Below, piece by piece: positions 1 through 10,185 of a DNA stretch of 64,000 nt. The first letter of the stretch is position 1. Every line of letters begins with the position of its first letter. This DNA is from Candidatus Bathyarchaeota archaeon (GTDB taxonomy: Archaea; Thermoproteota; Bathyarchaeia; Bathyarchaeales; Bathycorpusculaceae). The notes beneath the pieces were generated by a model, which worked only from the letters and a program-made list of their open reading frames with translations, made no database searches and was not told the origin of the DNA. The stretch spans positions 1,856,001 to 1,920,000 of the forward strand of contig CAVZJV010000014.1 of NCBI GenBank assembly GCA_963775685.1, written 5' to 3'. Both the position numbers and the translations under genes were made by a program.

Positions 1-36
1 TTTAAATCGAAAACAAAGTCGCCAAACCTTGTTCTT

Positions 37-861
37 TTAGTTGGACAAGGCATTTGCTAATGCTCCAAAGAGCTCAGGCGACAATTCTCTTACGCGCATA
101 TCGTAGTGAGTAAGGCTATGAGCTAATTTCTCTGCGTCTTTTTTGCTTAATTTGAAATTATCTCTGATGAAGGGCGAGAGTGCTTTTGCTAACTTTTTGT
201 TTCTCTGGGTGAAGAGCCACTTGATCATATGCACAAACAAGGCTGGATTTTTCACTTCAAACGGTTTATTACTCCAAGGTTTTAGGCTGATAACAACGGA
301 ATCCACCTTTGGCGGGGGATAGAACAGGGCTTTAGGAACTGAATCCAAAAGCTTGACTTCTGCCATCTGGCGGGCAACAACAGTTAACCAACCGTACGCT
401 TCACTGCCATCTGGTGCTACAAGACGGTCAACGAACTCTTTTTGCAATATCAAAACGGCATGGTCAACTTTGCGCTCCAAAAGCCAAGTCACCAAATGAG
501 AAGACAAGTAATAAGGAGGAGCAGCTATGACCTTGTTGAACGACGGCAAAGATACCTTCAAGAAGTCGCCTTCAACCACAGTAACGTTTCCTAAGCCCTT
601 GACTTGTTCATGAAGCACCGACGCAACTTGTAGGTCCTTCTCAACAGCAACCACCGCCTTGCATTTATCAGCTAAGAAACAAGTTAGCCAACCGAAGCCA
701 GCACCAGCATCCAACACAACATCCTTTTTGCTAAGCGCTGCATAGGTGCACAGTTTTGGGTAGAGCAAGGAATCAACCATAAAGTTTTGACCCAGAAGCT
801 TTTTCGGGGTGATTTGATGGTTTCGAAGCAGCTGCTTCGTTTCTTCAAGACTGATCGCCAT
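37..861 (-). CDS. rsmA: 16S rRNA m6,2A dimethyltransferase (KsgA/Dim1)
   Basis: KKLLGQNF, DAGAGFG SAM-binding motif, PPY motif, FYPPPKVDS. Confidence 0.95.
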   Translation of the reverse strand: MAISLEETKQLLRNHQITPKKLLGQNFMVDSLLYPKLCTYAALSKKDVVLDAGAGFGWLTCFLADKCKAVVAVEKDLQVASVLHEQVKGLGNVTVVEGDFLKVSLPSFNKVIAAPPYYLSSHLVTWLLERKVDHAVLILQKEFVDRLVAPDGSEAYGWLTVVARQMAEVKLLDSVPKALFYPPPKVDSVVISLKPWSNKPFEVKNPALFVHMIKWLFTQRNKKLAKALSPFIRDNFKLSKKDAEKLAHSLTHYDMRVRELSPELFGALANALSN

Positions 862-864
862 GCC

Positions 865-1440
865 TTACTGCGACCGCGTGAACAATCGGTACTTGCTGTC
901 ACCTTCAAGCTCTTCCATAACCCGCTTTGTAATTAGCTTCACAGGGTTAGGTAGCTCGGTGCGCTTCTGCAAATCCTCAAAGCTTTCAAACGGTTTCCGT
1001 TCACGGTCATTTATGACCTGCCACATGTATTTTTTGCCGATGCCTGGAACAAGCTCCAACGCATGCATTCGTGGCGTAATTGCGCGCGCGGTATTGAAGA
1101 AGTTAACAAACCACTTTTCCCGGTTGGCAACTATTTTGCTAATCACGCTTGGAAGTTCAGCTTTAGCTGAAGCAGTTAACTCTTCATAACCAATTCGACC
1201 GATGATATAGGTAACTTCCTCACGTGAATCCTTTCCCACATACACGCGGTCACCTGGCTTCAAAAGTAACTCTTCTTTCACCAAAGCCTCTAATAACGTA
1301 AAAAATTCTTCGCCAACACATTGAATTAGCGCTCCCGCTCTGTAACCTGCCCTTCCAGTAGGGCGAAATCCTGGCTTGCCGTGCTGAAGAAAATCTAACA
1401 CGTAAGCATACTCTTCATACCGCTTTTCCATAACAGTCAC
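865..1440 (-). CDS. DUF655 family putative RNA-binding protein
   Basis: EEYAYVLDFL, FFNTARAITPRMHALELVPGIGKK; conserved rpl21e-rpo4-DUF655-ksgA order. Confidence 0.9.
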   Translation of the reverse strand: MTVMEKRYEEYAYVLDFLQHGKPGFRPTGRAGYRAGALIQCVGEEFFTLLEALVKEELLLKPGDRVYVGKDSREEVTYIIGRIGYEELTASAKAELPSVISKIVANREKWFVNFFNTARAITPRMHALELVPGIGKKYMWQVINDRERKPFESFEDLQKRTELPNPVKLITKRVMEELEGDSKYRLFTRSQ

Positions 1441-1498
1441 TGAGTCCGTCCACTAGACTATTCTCGCTTACTGCTTAAAAATACTTAGCCAGTTCCAG

Positions 1499-1837
1499 CT
1501 ACTTCAACGTTCGATTCTCGTTCAAAAGCTCAACAATCGTGTGTAATTTTGACGTTTCTATGATTTTGCGCCCGCCTGCTAAAAAGATTCTAAGCTCATC
1601 AACAGTCTCAGGCATGCAGTTGATAATCTCAACTGCTTCTGCCTCGTCAAGTTCATATTCGTTAAGGAGCATTTGCAAGAGCGCTTCAGCTTTTTCTGGA
1701 TCACATTTGGAGAATTTGCTTACATAATCTAGCGTTCGACGTTGGAACTGATCAAGGTTCTCTTCTCCGATGGACTCCAGAACCTTCTTAACTTGAGGAA
1801 GGGTTAAGCGGCTTTCACTTATTTCTCTTTTGCTCAT
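1499..1837 (-). CDS. rpo4: RNA polymerase subunit Rpo4 (RpoF)
   Basis: QRRTLDYVSKFSK...EIINCMPETVDELRIF; synteny. Confidence 0.9.
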   Translation of the reverse strand: MSKREISESRLTLPQVKKVLESIGEENLDQFQRRTLDYVSKFSKCDPEKAEALLQMLLNEYELDEAEAVEIINCMPETVDELRIFLAGGRKIIETSKLHTIVELLNENRTLK

Positions 1838-1843
1838 TCTATC

Positions 1844-2140
1844 TCACTTACCAGTGTAAAGCTCGAGATGCTCGGGGCGGGTAATGATTTCTTTTATGGC
1901 GTCGCCTTGGGGGACGCTGACCACGTATCCTCGACCCCGTTTTTCTACTATGACACCTATTTTGCCGTGGAAACGTTTGTGGGGCATACTTTTCTGCACG
2001 CTAGAATCCATCTTAATGATTACTTGAGACCCCGGAGCGTAGTCTTGAAGTATCTTGCCGATGTGTGGTTTGCCTTTTGCGCGGGTTGGTTTGCGCAGCA
2101 AACTGCGAGTTCCAGTATAATAGCCTTTTGAACCTCTCAT
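1844..2140 (-). CDS. rpl21e: 50S ribosomal protein L21e
   Basis: SKGY..GTRSLLRK, MPHKRFHGKIG, RPEHL. Confidence 0.96.
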   Translation of the reverse strand: MRGSKGYYTGTRSLLRKPTRAKGKPHIGKILQDYAPGSQVIIKMDSSVQKSMPHKRFHGKIGVIVEKRGRGYVVSVPQGDAIKEIITRPEHLELYTGK

Positions 2141-2155
2141 CTAATTTCACCTTAA

Positions 2156-3487
2156 TTATTCCAATATTACGTTGAGAACGTCAAGCTTAAGAGTCTTCGC
2201 TCTGTTGTTGAGCAAATCTGAAATATTTGGGTTTGTGCGTCTTTCATCTCCAGACACCAATTCTTTAACGTAGAGCCCACCTTGGCAACGAATTTCCATC
2301 AGAGCCCTCTTAAGTGACACCTTCTTTACTTTAACCTGATATATGTACTTTTCTCGGATTAAATCTGCCCTTCGATGCAAAACTCGAAGAGGCGTCTGCT
2401 GTTTAATGCAAATACCTGAAAGCTTCTCTTCTATAGTTCGCAGGTCCTGGTCTGATAATTCATTCTCGAACTCAGCTAATAAGCGATATTCTTTCTGTGC
2501 ACCTTCACCCTGCTTGAGGCGCCTGACAACATCTTTGGTAGTAAATCGTAAACCTGAAACCTCAACTTTTCCCACAGCGTCTGAATTAACTCGAGCTTCA
2601 ATTTGTTGCAAATCAACAAATCGCTTTTTGGGCTTTGAAACTTCTATCACAAAAGGTCGTCCAGTTCCCAACATCCGTGCATCGATGTCTTCACGTCCCG
2701 AAGCGTGCAAAAACGCCTCTTCACCCAAAGTTGACAAAAGCAAAGGTTTAGAAGACAACTCCTCCACCGATTCAGGATACAATTTCCCGGTTCCGCCGCA
2801 TTTCTTGCACCCTCTACCGCGACAGCTGGAACAGAACCACTTTGACTGAGGAATAGTCCTAACCAGCTTACGATATCTACCAGCGACAAAAAGAGGGTTA
2901 ACTTGGAGCCGAACGGTCTCCAGAAAAGGGTTGAACACTACAACAAGGTCAGGCCTCAAATAGTCAGCTTCTTTACCCGTTTGTTTAGAGAGAGCTTTTC
3001 CAAGTAAACGACCGAATTCATGTTTGATGCTCTCGCCATAGCCAACATTAAAGGCGGCTTTGAACTCATCTTCGCGTTCCTCAACCTTGAGCGGTAATTC
3101 AATACCGACAAGAAAAGTTGTGAACTCGTATTCGGCGATTATGCCTAAAGCTTTTTGAGTTAAAAAGTCAACTAATTCAAACTTGCCGTCACAGATACTA
3201 CACTTTATCAAGTCATCCTTTTTTGGGAGGCGTTTGTTTAGATGTTTTAGAGTTCCCTGAGCTTCCCTGGAAAACCCATTTGACGCAAGAACTTTAAGGC
3301 GCCTTATGCCTTCGCCATTTTTTTCCGCAATAAGATCACTGGCTTGCATTGTCAAACTGACTTTTAGCGCTTGACCTCGGACGTTGTTTTCCATGCTGTA
3401 ACCAAGTAATGCGAATTGTCTGCCTAAACAGTAGTCGCAAAGCGGGTATTTGCTAAGAATATTAAAGGCTTTTTCTAAAATATCCAT
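2156..3487 (-). CDS. pus10: tRNA pseudouridine 54/55 synthase Pus10
   Basis: LCDYCLGRQF Zn site, GRYRKLVRTIPQ, SGREDIDARMLGTGRPF, GGLYVKEL; start placed at MDILEK to avoid overlap with srp54. Confidence 0.95.
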   Translation of the reverse strand: MDILEKAFNILSKYPLCDYCLGRQFALLGYSMENNVRGQALKVSLTMQASDLIAEKNGEGIRRLKVLASNGFSREAQGTLKHLNKRLPKKDDLIKCSICDGKFELVDFLTQKALGIIAEYEFTTFLVGIELPLKVEEREDEFKAAFNVGYGESIKHEFGRLLGKALSKQTGKEADYLRPDLVVVFNPFLETVRLQVNPLFVAGRYRKLVRTIPQSKWFCSSCRGRGCKKCGGTGKLYPESVEELSSKPLLLSTLGEEAFLHASGREDIDARMLGTGRPFVIEVSKPKKRFVDLQQIEARVNSDAVGKVEVSGLRFTTKDVVRRLKQGEGAQKEYRLLAEFENELSDQDLRTIEEKLSGICIKQQTPLRVLHRRADLIREKYIYQVKVKKVSLKRALMEIRCQGGLYVKELVSGDERRTNPNISDLLNNRAKTLKLDVLNVILE

Positions 3488-3497
3488 TTCCGCTTGC

Positions 3498-4838
3498 CTA
3501 CTTGAACCCGGGCATACCTTTGCCGCCACCTAGTCCAAAGGGCAGCTTCTTTTTATGCTTAAACATTTTGAGCATCTTACGCATCATAATGTACTGCTTG
3601 AGAAGTTCTTTGACTTCTTTTTCTGTGGTTCCTGAACCGCGCGCGATGCGTTTTGCTCGTGAAGAATTCAAAAGTTTAGGGTTCTCTTTTTCAGCAGGCG
3701 TCATAGATTGGATTATTATACCCCATTTGTCCAGTCGGCCCTCAGCAGTATTGAGCATCTCTTCAGGCACATCAGCTGACATTCCCGGAATCATCTTGAG
3801 AACTTTACCGAAAGGCCCCATCTTTTTAACCGCTTGGAATTGTTCGTACATGTCCGTTAACGTAAAATTGCCGCTCATTATGTCCTTGGCTTTCTTTTGG
3901 GGAACATTTATTTCAGCATCTTTTACTTTTTCCAAAAGCGTTTCTAAGTCGCCCATCCCTAAGAGGCGCCCTACGAACCTTGAGGGAATAAAAGCTTCTA
4001 GATCTTCTATTTTCTCGCCTGTACCAATAAATTTTATGGGTGCACCCGTTGCTGCAACGGCTGACAGAGCCCCTCCGCCGCGTGAGGAACCGTCAAGTTT
4101 TGTTACGATGATTGCTCCTATGGGGGTTGCTTCATGGAAGGTTTTGGCTTGTGCAAGAGCTTGCTGACCGATGGTTCCGTCGATAACCATAATGACTTCG
4201 TCGGGATGAATGTTCTTTTCAAGGTCTTTCATTTCCTTTATTAAATCTTTTTCTTCTTTGTGGCGACCCGCTGTGTCAACAATTATTAAATCTTTATCGC
4301 TGAAAAGTTTTAGACCTTCCTTGACAACCTTTACGGGATCTTTAGCTTTGAGGTCACCATAAAACGGTGTATTTGTTCTGGTCGACAGCTGTTGAAGTTG
4401 GTTATAGGCGCCTGGACGATAAGTATCAGCACAAATCAACCCTACCTTTAAACCCCTTTTCTGAAAATACCTTGCAAGTTTGGCAGCATGAGTAGTCTTT
4501 CCTGAACCCTGAATGCCTACTAGCATAACGATTTTCTTTTTGCCAGGCTCCACTTTTAAGGCAACCTGTTTATCGCCGACAAAGCGGGTTAACTCTTCAT
4601 AAACAACTTTTATTACATGTTCGCGCCTTGAAATGCCTGGAGGCATTTTCTCTTTCAAAGATCGTTCTTCTATGCGTTTGGAGATTTCCAGTACGAGTTG
4701 AACGTTTACATCTGCTTGAAGCAGTGCGCGTTGGACATCGCGAACCAGTTCCTTCACTGCCGCTTCGTCAACTACGCTGGCCTTGAACAGCTTTTTTATG
4801 GCGCCGGTTAGTGAAGAACCTAGTTTATCTAATGCCAT
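3498..4838 (-). CDS. srp54: Signal recognition particle protein SRP54
   Basis: GIQGSGKTT, DTAGR, TKLDG, Met-rich M domain RIARGSG; start at MALDKLG. Confidence 0.97.
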   Translation of the reverse strand: MALDKLGSSLTGAIKKLFKASVVDEAAVKELVRDVQRALLQADVNVQLVLEISKRIEERSLKEKMPPGISRREHVIKVVYEELTRFVGDKQVALKVEPGKKKIVMLVGIQGSGKTTHAAKLARYFQKRGLKVGLICADTYRPGAYNQLQQLSTRTNTPFYGDLKAKDPVKVVKEGLKLFSDKDLIIVDTAGRHKEEKDLIKEMKDLEKNIHPDEVIMVIDGTIGQQALAQAKTFHEATPIGAIIVTKLDGSSRGGGALSAVAATGAPIKFIGTGEKIEDLEAFIPSRFVGRLLGMGDLETLLEKVKDAEINVPQKKAKDIMSGNFTLTDMYEQFQAVKKMGPFGKVLKMIPGMSADVPEEMLNTAEGRLDKWGIIIQSMTPAEKENPKLLNSSRAKRIARGSGTTEKEVKELLKQYIMMRKMLKMFKHKKKLPFGLGGGKGMPGFK

Positions 4839-4930
4839 CAGAGTCTCCAGCCTAAACATTCTCGTATTCTTTTAAATAAAGATTACACAAAATAGGCAAA
4901 TAATAGCCCTAAAATATGAGTTGTTTTCCA

Positions 4931-5040
4931 AGTGAAGCCGTTTCACTTAAACGAATGTTCACGCAGATGAAGCCTCAGTTTCCCCATATTAAATATTCTT
5001 CACAATTCAGACGGCTCTTCATGCATCATTGGCTTCATCC
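4931..5040. repeat. Cluster of RTGAA/TTCAY motifs with inverted repeats
   Basis: AAGTGAAGCCGTTTCACTT hairpin, GATGAAGCC...GGCTTCATC, about 7 TTCAC/TTCAT/RTGAA copies in 110 bp. Confidence 0.5.
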
Positions 5041-5116
5041 AGAAAGGCTCCAAGCTAGAACATAAACTTTAATGAAACAAAACAAAAAATAAGGAAAACC
5101 TAAAGAAAGGAAGAGT

Positions 5117-5509
5117 CTATTTTACTCGGACAATTTTCACTTTGCCAAGGATTTTCCAATATTCAATTTCTGCGCCCGAAACAAGTTTGTCTTTAAGTTC
5201 CTGCTCATCAGGAAACGGCGCATCAAGGTATTCGTAGGTTTCGAGGTCCATTATTTGGACACCTGTCGGGTTAATGGCAAAGACTTGCCCCGTTCTTTTG
5301 TCAATTATTGGGACTTCAGCGCCCAGGTCGACTGGTTTTACGAATTGACGTTTTTGCCCGTCGAATACGCCTATCGCGACTATTCTTGCTTTGGCTGACC
5401 CGTGTTTTCCAGGTTTAGATTTAGCAATGTCTACTATGCGGCAAGGTTCACCCTCAATCATCATGTAGCCGCCAACGCGTAATTCTCCAACATCTACTGG
5501 TTTACTCAT
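5117..5509 (-). CDS. eif5a: Translation factor aIF5A/eIF5A
   Basis: Hypusine motif SKPGKHGSAK. Confidence 0.97.
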   Translation of the reverse strand: MSKPVDVGELRVGGYMMIEGEPCRIVDIAKSKPGKHGSAKARIVAIGVFDGQKRQFVKPVDLGAEVPIIDKRTGQVFAINPTGVQIMDLETYEYLDAPFPDEQELKDKLVSGAEIEYWKILGKVKIVRVK

Positions 5510-5592
5510 GCTCTCACCACAGTATAGTTCTATTCAATGCAATTCTGAACAACACCCATATATAGATTAAGGTTTACGATAGTTACTGAGCG

Positions 5593-6453
5593 GTGGAAAA
5601 AGTGCTAAAAAGCGTGGGTTTGGTTGCCCGCTGTGACAACAAGTCGGCGCTGAAGCTATCCGAGGAGTTGGCGGAGTATCTTGCTGGGAAAGGTTTGAAG
5701 GTTTACATAGAAGATTCACTCAAAAACTTGGTATCCACGCAGAAAGAGTTTCTTCCACTCTCAAAAATGAAAACTGACTTCATAGTAACTATAGGCGGCG
5801 ACGGAACCATCTTGCGAACATGCCTAACTGTTCCCAAGCCTGAACCCCCGCTTTTAACAATCAACATGGGTGTTCGAGGATTTCTAACCGAGGTTGAACC
5901 AAAAAACGCCTGTGAAGCAGTCGACAGAGTTCTAAATGGCGACTACAAAATAGAAAAATGTGCAAAACTAGCTGTAAAAGTGGGCAAAGAAAATTTGCCT
6001 GACGCCCTCAACGACGTTGTAGTTTCCGCTTGTGAACCCTCAAAGATCCTATACACCCAAATATACAAAAACGGAAAACCTATCCTAAAATGTCAAGCCG
6101 ACGGCTTAATTGTCGCAACCCAAACAGGTTCAACTGGATATTCGCTTTCGGCGGGAGGACCAGTGTTAGATCAGGAAGTGGATGCACTTGTTCTTACACC
6201 GATTTGTTCGTTGACGGTGTTCCGTTCGCTCGTGTTTCCCGCTGATTCCACCCTTTCATTTAAAGTTGAACGACCAAAGGATATGCTTGTCCTAATCGAT
6301 GGCAATTACCGTAAACTGGCAAGCGCTGATACGACCATAAAAGTCACCAAATCAAAGAACATAACCTCCTTTATCCGCTTTGAAACCGACTTTGACTTTG
6401 AAACAGACTTTTACGATAGGCTTCGAAGCAGACTACTTTTTAAGGGAATATAA
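5593..6453 (+). CDS. nadK: NAD kinase
   Basis: GGDGT, G..GFL, LND, ADGLIVATQTGSTGYSLSAGGP. Confidence 0.95.
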   Translation: MEKVLKSVGLVARCDNKSALKLSEELAEYLAGKGLKVYIEDSLKNLVSTQKEFLPLSKMKTDFIVTIGGDGTILRTCLTVPKPEPPLLTINMGVRGFLTEVEPKNACEAVDRVLNGDYKIEKCAKLAVKVGKENLPDALNDVVVSACEPSKILYTQIYKNGKPILKCQADGLIVATQTGSTGYSLSAGGPVLDQEVDALVLTPICSLTVFRSLVFPADSTLSFKVERPKDMLVLIDGNYRKLASADTTIKVTKSKNITSFIRFETDFDFETDFYDRLRSRLLFKGI

Positions 6454-7019
6454 TGGAAAACTTCCAAGGCGCTCCATGTAGAAGAATTATTGTTTTAGAT
6501 ACTTCAGCTTTTGTGGCTGGCTTTGACCCGTTCTCGTTGGGTGCCGAGCAGGTTACAGTCCCCAAGGCTGAAGAGGAAATTCGCAGGAACTCTATGGTTA
6601 AGATGCGTCTAGAGATGGCAATTGAAAGCGGAAAACTCAAGGTCAAAGCACCAACGCAAGAATCCCTATTCAAGGCACAAGCAGCAGCTAATGAGGTAGG
6701 AGACACCTTTAAGCTGTCGGACGCAGATAAACAACTTTTAGCTCTAGCTATAGAACTGAAAACTTCAGGGTATATCCCTCAAATCGTCACCGATGACTAT
6801 TCAATCCAAAATGTTGCCGCCAAAATAGACATAGAGTTTTTGTCTTTAGCTACGTTTGGAATCAAACGTCTGTTAGAATGGATACGTTACTGCCCCGCCT
6901 GCCATAAGGAATACTCTATTGGCTACAAGTTTAAGGAGTGTCAAATTTGTGGCACTGAACTAAAAAGGAAACCAAAAAGGCAAACTAAAGGACCAAAGTC
7001 AAGACAGGCGCTAATTTAG
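6453..7019 (+). CDS. nob1: Nob1-type PIN endonuclease with Zn ribbon
   Basis: VLDTSAF, LSDAD, TDDYSIQNVA, CPAC...CQICG. Confidence 0.9.
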   Translation: MENFQGAPCRRIIVLDTSAFVAGFDPFSLGAEQVTVPKAEEEIRRNSMVKMRLEMAIESGKLKVKAPTQESLFKAQAAANEVGDTFKLSDADKQLLALAIELKTSGYIPQIVTDDYSIQNVAAKIDIEFLSLATFGIKRLLEWIRYCPACHKEYSIGYKFKECQICGTELKRKPKRQTKGPKSRQALI

Positions 7020-8833
7020 AAAAGCAACAAAATCAGGATTAACAATAAAGCTTCGACTCCAAAGATGGGAAACACCGAATGTTTTGCCTTAACAATTGCC
7101 TTATCCACCAAGGTAGTTACGGACTTTAAACGTTCCTCGCCGATTACTCGGACTCGTGGCACAATGAAGGTTTGACATCCTGCCTTACACAATTCAAGGT
7201 TTGTTTCAGCAGCCTTCACCAATTCAACGATGTATCGAATAAGCACTATTTGATCCATGACCTCGCCGACAGGATGGTAGCCGCGTCGCCCCGTAATCGA
7301 AGCGGTTACAGCATGAGTATCGGTTGTGAAAACTTCGCTGGCATCAAAACCCAACCCTTCTAAAGCGTCGAGGATTTTTTCGCGTAGATTTGGAACCATG
7401 TTGTTGCCATCTATGACTATGTATGCTGTTTTCTGGTTCTCTACTTGAACGGCTATCGCTGTGATGCCACCCGCGCCCATGCCTGCTTTAAGGGTAAATT
7501 CTGCTGGAAAAACTGTAGCTGAACCAACTTTAAAGCCCTTTTTTGGCAACTCAACAGCTTTTTGAAGGCATAGAGAAGCCGCCCGCTGTAGCTCATCCAG
7601 ATGCTCTGCCGTGTCGATTACGTCGGTTAAGCAGTTGTGGCAATTAACAACAATAGCGTTTTGGAGTCCATGCTTTTTGGCTTCCTCTTCAACGATGCGT
7701 CCTAGCTCCTGAGGCAGGTCTTCTGTGGTTTGAGGCGCAAGTGAGAAGGACAGAAAGGCGGTGTCCCCGAAAATCTGGCAAGAAGCCGTTGCGGCACCCT
7801 CCGTGACTCTAACAAGGGGCGAAGATAGAGATGATTGAGCCTCAAATTTAGCTGAAGCAATTACTTGAGCGGCGATCTTGTAGTTCTGAGTTTGTGAAGC
7901 TAAGTCACGCTCATGTCCAAGGATTCCTAAGGGAACACAGGCGGTGATACCAAATTCTTTTTCGACTTCGCGTTTGAGAAGCGAAGGCAGAAGGCTGCTG
8001 CCTATGTTCTTGAAGGGACCTGGATGCACTTGAGGAACGATTATGGCGGTTTTAGGTTTGGAGGCGTCGAACTTTAACACGGTCACCTCAATGTCAGCGT
8101 CGCCTCCCATTGCTTCGAGGTGTTTTTCGAGGGGTTCGTTTTGGTCTGTGACCCAGTTGAGTAGAAACGCCCTAAACAAAGGTAGTGCAGGCAGCGAGTA
8201 GTTTTTTTTTCCTAAACGATCGATGGATGAAAGTAGCAGGTGCACGGCAGCGTAGCCGATTATTGGGGATAAGACTATGAAGGGCAAAACCTGCCAAATA
8301 ACATCACCTGATACGGTTGCCCAAAACACTAAGAATGCCAGTATGGACAAGGCTGGCTCAATTAGTATTGAAAGGAGCTGTCGTCCTATAGTTGCTGATG
8401 AGGTAGCGTTAAATACCAAAAACCGAAGTGTCACAACGGCGGCGAAGCCTAAGAGGCTAAGTTTTACCCAAATTAACCAGCCAAATGTGAAGCTCAAACC
8501 AACTCCAAAAACGATGAAGACCATCCATATTATCCAGCATGCAAAGGATAACCCGAGCGTTCTCCGCACTGTAAAGATGGGATCGCTTTTGAGGAGATAT
8601 TTGCTTACCAATGTGTCAGTTAAGTAAGTTATAGCAAAAAAGGCAAGTCCTAGAGCTAAACTGACTAAGGAGGGAAAGAGTAAATAGGTGCTGAGGTTAA
8701 TGGCGATGATGCAGGTGGCAGCGACGGCTAAGAGCGCTGTTTTGTATGATGGAAGAAAGAACATCGATGAATAATGTTTGGTTGCACTATCCATTGATTG
8801 GTTTAGAGAACTCTGGGATGCCATGTTTGACAA
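7016..8833 (-). CDS. DUF2070 family membrane protein
   Basis: N-terminal TM helices, HPGPFKNIGSS, NCHN, DGNN, TTDTH. Confidence 0.88.
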   Translation of the reverse strand: MSNMASQSSLNQSMDSATKHYSSMFFLPSYKTALLAVAATCIIAINLSTYLLFPSLVSLALGLAFFAITYLTDTLVSKYLLKSDPIFTVRRTLGLSFACWIIWMVFIVFGVGLSFTFGWLIWVKLSLLGFAAVVTLRFLVFNATSSATIGRQLLSILIEPALSILAFLVFWATVSGDVIWQVLPFIVLSPIIGYAAVHLLLSSIDRLGKKNYSLPALPLFRAFLLNWVTDQNEPLEKHLEAMGGDADIEVTVLKFDASKPKTAIIVPQVHPGPFKNIGSSLLPSLLKREVEKEFGITACVPLGILGHERDLASQTQNYKIAAQVIASAKFEAQSSLSSPLVRVTEGAATASCQIFGDTAFLSFSLAPQTTEDLPQELGRIVEEEAKKHGLQNAIVVNCHNCLTDVIDTAEHLDELQRAASLCLQKAVELPKKGFKVGSATVFPAEFTLKAGMGAGGITAIAVQVENQKTAYIVIDGNNMVPNLREKILDALEGLGFDASEVFTTDTHAVTASITGRRGYHPVGEVMDQIVLIRYIVELVKAAETNLELCKAGCQTFIVPRVRVIGEERLKSVTTLVDKAIVKAKHSVFPIFGVEALLLILILLLF

Positions 8834-9061
8834 TGGAATCGGATAGCCCTATTAAAATTTAGTCTAGCAACCGATCTTTGGAGAGCAATAAATACATTAT
8901 TTTGATTAACATAAAAATGTCAAAACAGTGTTTTAGCATAAAAAGCGCTAAGCGTAGGCTTCGGCAAGCTGTTTTTGAGCGGTTGGAGCCGGAAACCAAC
9001 ATGTTTTGGCAAGGGAACGGTTTTATCCCTAAAAGCCATATCTTAGTAGTTTGCGAACGTT

Positions 9062-9352
9062 ATGCCAGATCAAGACCTACCTCCGTCAATCTTCCATATG
9101 CTGGAGAGAAACGTAGGCAAAAAAATCAGAGTTATACTGGACCCCGCATACGGGTTTGAGGGCGTCCTAGCCGCGGTTACCCATGAGCCATCAGGAATCT
9201 GGCTATCCGAGGCAGAAGCAATCGTTTTAAGGTCCACCATCGCTCAACCCATCCCGCAGGTTGCCAGCCGAGAAGAAAGAAGCGAACTATTTTTGCACCT
9301 TAACTCGGTTCAAAGAATAGAAGTCTTACACTCTACGCCGCCAAGACGATAA
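9062..9352 (+). CDS. Divergent Sm/Lsm-fold protein
   Basis: Sm1-like VGKKIRVIL....FEGVL...IWLSEAE and Sm2-like LFLHLNSVQRIE. Confidence 0.6.
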   Translation: MPDQDLPPSIFHMLERNVGKKIRVILDPAYGFEGVLAAVTHEPSGIWLSEAEAIVLRSTIAQPIPQVASREERSELFLHLNSVQRIEVLHSTPPRR

Positions 9353-9362
9353 AAAAGCGTGT

Positions 9363-9533
9363 TTATGGGAAGAAAATTTTCGCTAAGACAGACACAACAA
9401 TGAGTGAAACCGCAAGAACCACAAGCAACTCTGGCCTGATTTTGACCCCTTCGGTTTCTTCCTCAAAGAACCTAAGCAAACCTGCGCTGGCTGCAGGCAT
9501 TGGACCGGTATCTTTCTTTTTCCTTCGACTCAC
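9363..9533 (-). CDS. secG: Protein translocase subunit Sec61-beta (absent from ORF track)
   Basis: Manual translation from GTG: MSRRKKKDTGPMPAASAGLLRFFEEETEGVKIRPELLVVLAVSLIVVSVLAKIFFP; AGLLRFFEE is the Sec61-beta signature. Confidence 0.9.
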   Translation of the reverse strand: MSRRKKKDTGPMPAASAGLLRFFEEETEGVKIRPELLVVLAVSLIVVSVLAKIFFP

Positions 9534-9897
9534 CAAACATCCCTTATCCTATGATGTGCAATGCCTAATATTTGCTTAAACTAATTAATCTTGCGCCAAA
9601 ACTTGTTGCCTAAAACAGGAAATTAATTCTTCAGAAGACTCCAGGCTTTAGTTTGCTAAAATAGGTTAGGCAGGATAAGTTGCGGGGTTTCTTTTGTATG
9701 ATAAATAAAGGTGATAGTTCTTCGTGAGCAAAATGAGGAGTCAAGGTTTGGCGCATGTTTGGATTCATAACAAAGGGGTTATAGCTTTTCTCGAACAATC
9801 GTTTGTATACGAAAGCATCAACCAAAACAATAAAAATTAACTTAATACAAGTTTTAACTTTAATACTCTCCATGGCAAATCCTCTCCGTGAGAATCC

Positions 9898-10185
9898 ATG
9901 CAAATCTATGAATTTCAAGAAATGATGAAACATCTTTACTTTAAACGCGACTCCGAGCGGGGAATAAAGGGCACTTTCAATTGGCTTGTCGATGAAGTCA
10001 ATGAACTGGGTGAAGAATTGAAAGGAACAGACAGAGAAGCAACTGAGAAGGAATTTGCAGATGTCATTGCTTGGCTTGCATCTCTTGCCAACATAATGGG
10101 TATCGACCTTGAAAAAACCGCCCTCAACAAATACAAAAACAAATGCCCAAAATGCCAAAGCTCACCGTGTAAATGCGCCTTTTAA
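9898..10185 (+). CDS. MazG-like nucleotide pyrophosphohydrolase
   Basis: WLVDEVNEL...KEFADVIAWLASLAN; C-terminal CPKC..PCKC. Confidence 0.88.
   Translation: MQIYEFQEMMKHLYFKRDSERGIKGTFNWLVDEVNELGEELKGTDREATEKEFADVIAWLASLANIMGIDLEKTALNKYKNKCPKCQSSPCKCAF

Noticed and set aside
6379-6411. FETDFDFETDF micro-duplication at the NAD kinase C-terminus
   Set aside because: Short in-frame slippage duplication with no evident functional meaning
8878-9159. 93-aa ORF and the 175-aa ORF at 9631-10158
   Set aside because: They overlap better-supported genes and promoter DNA, and contain no motifs
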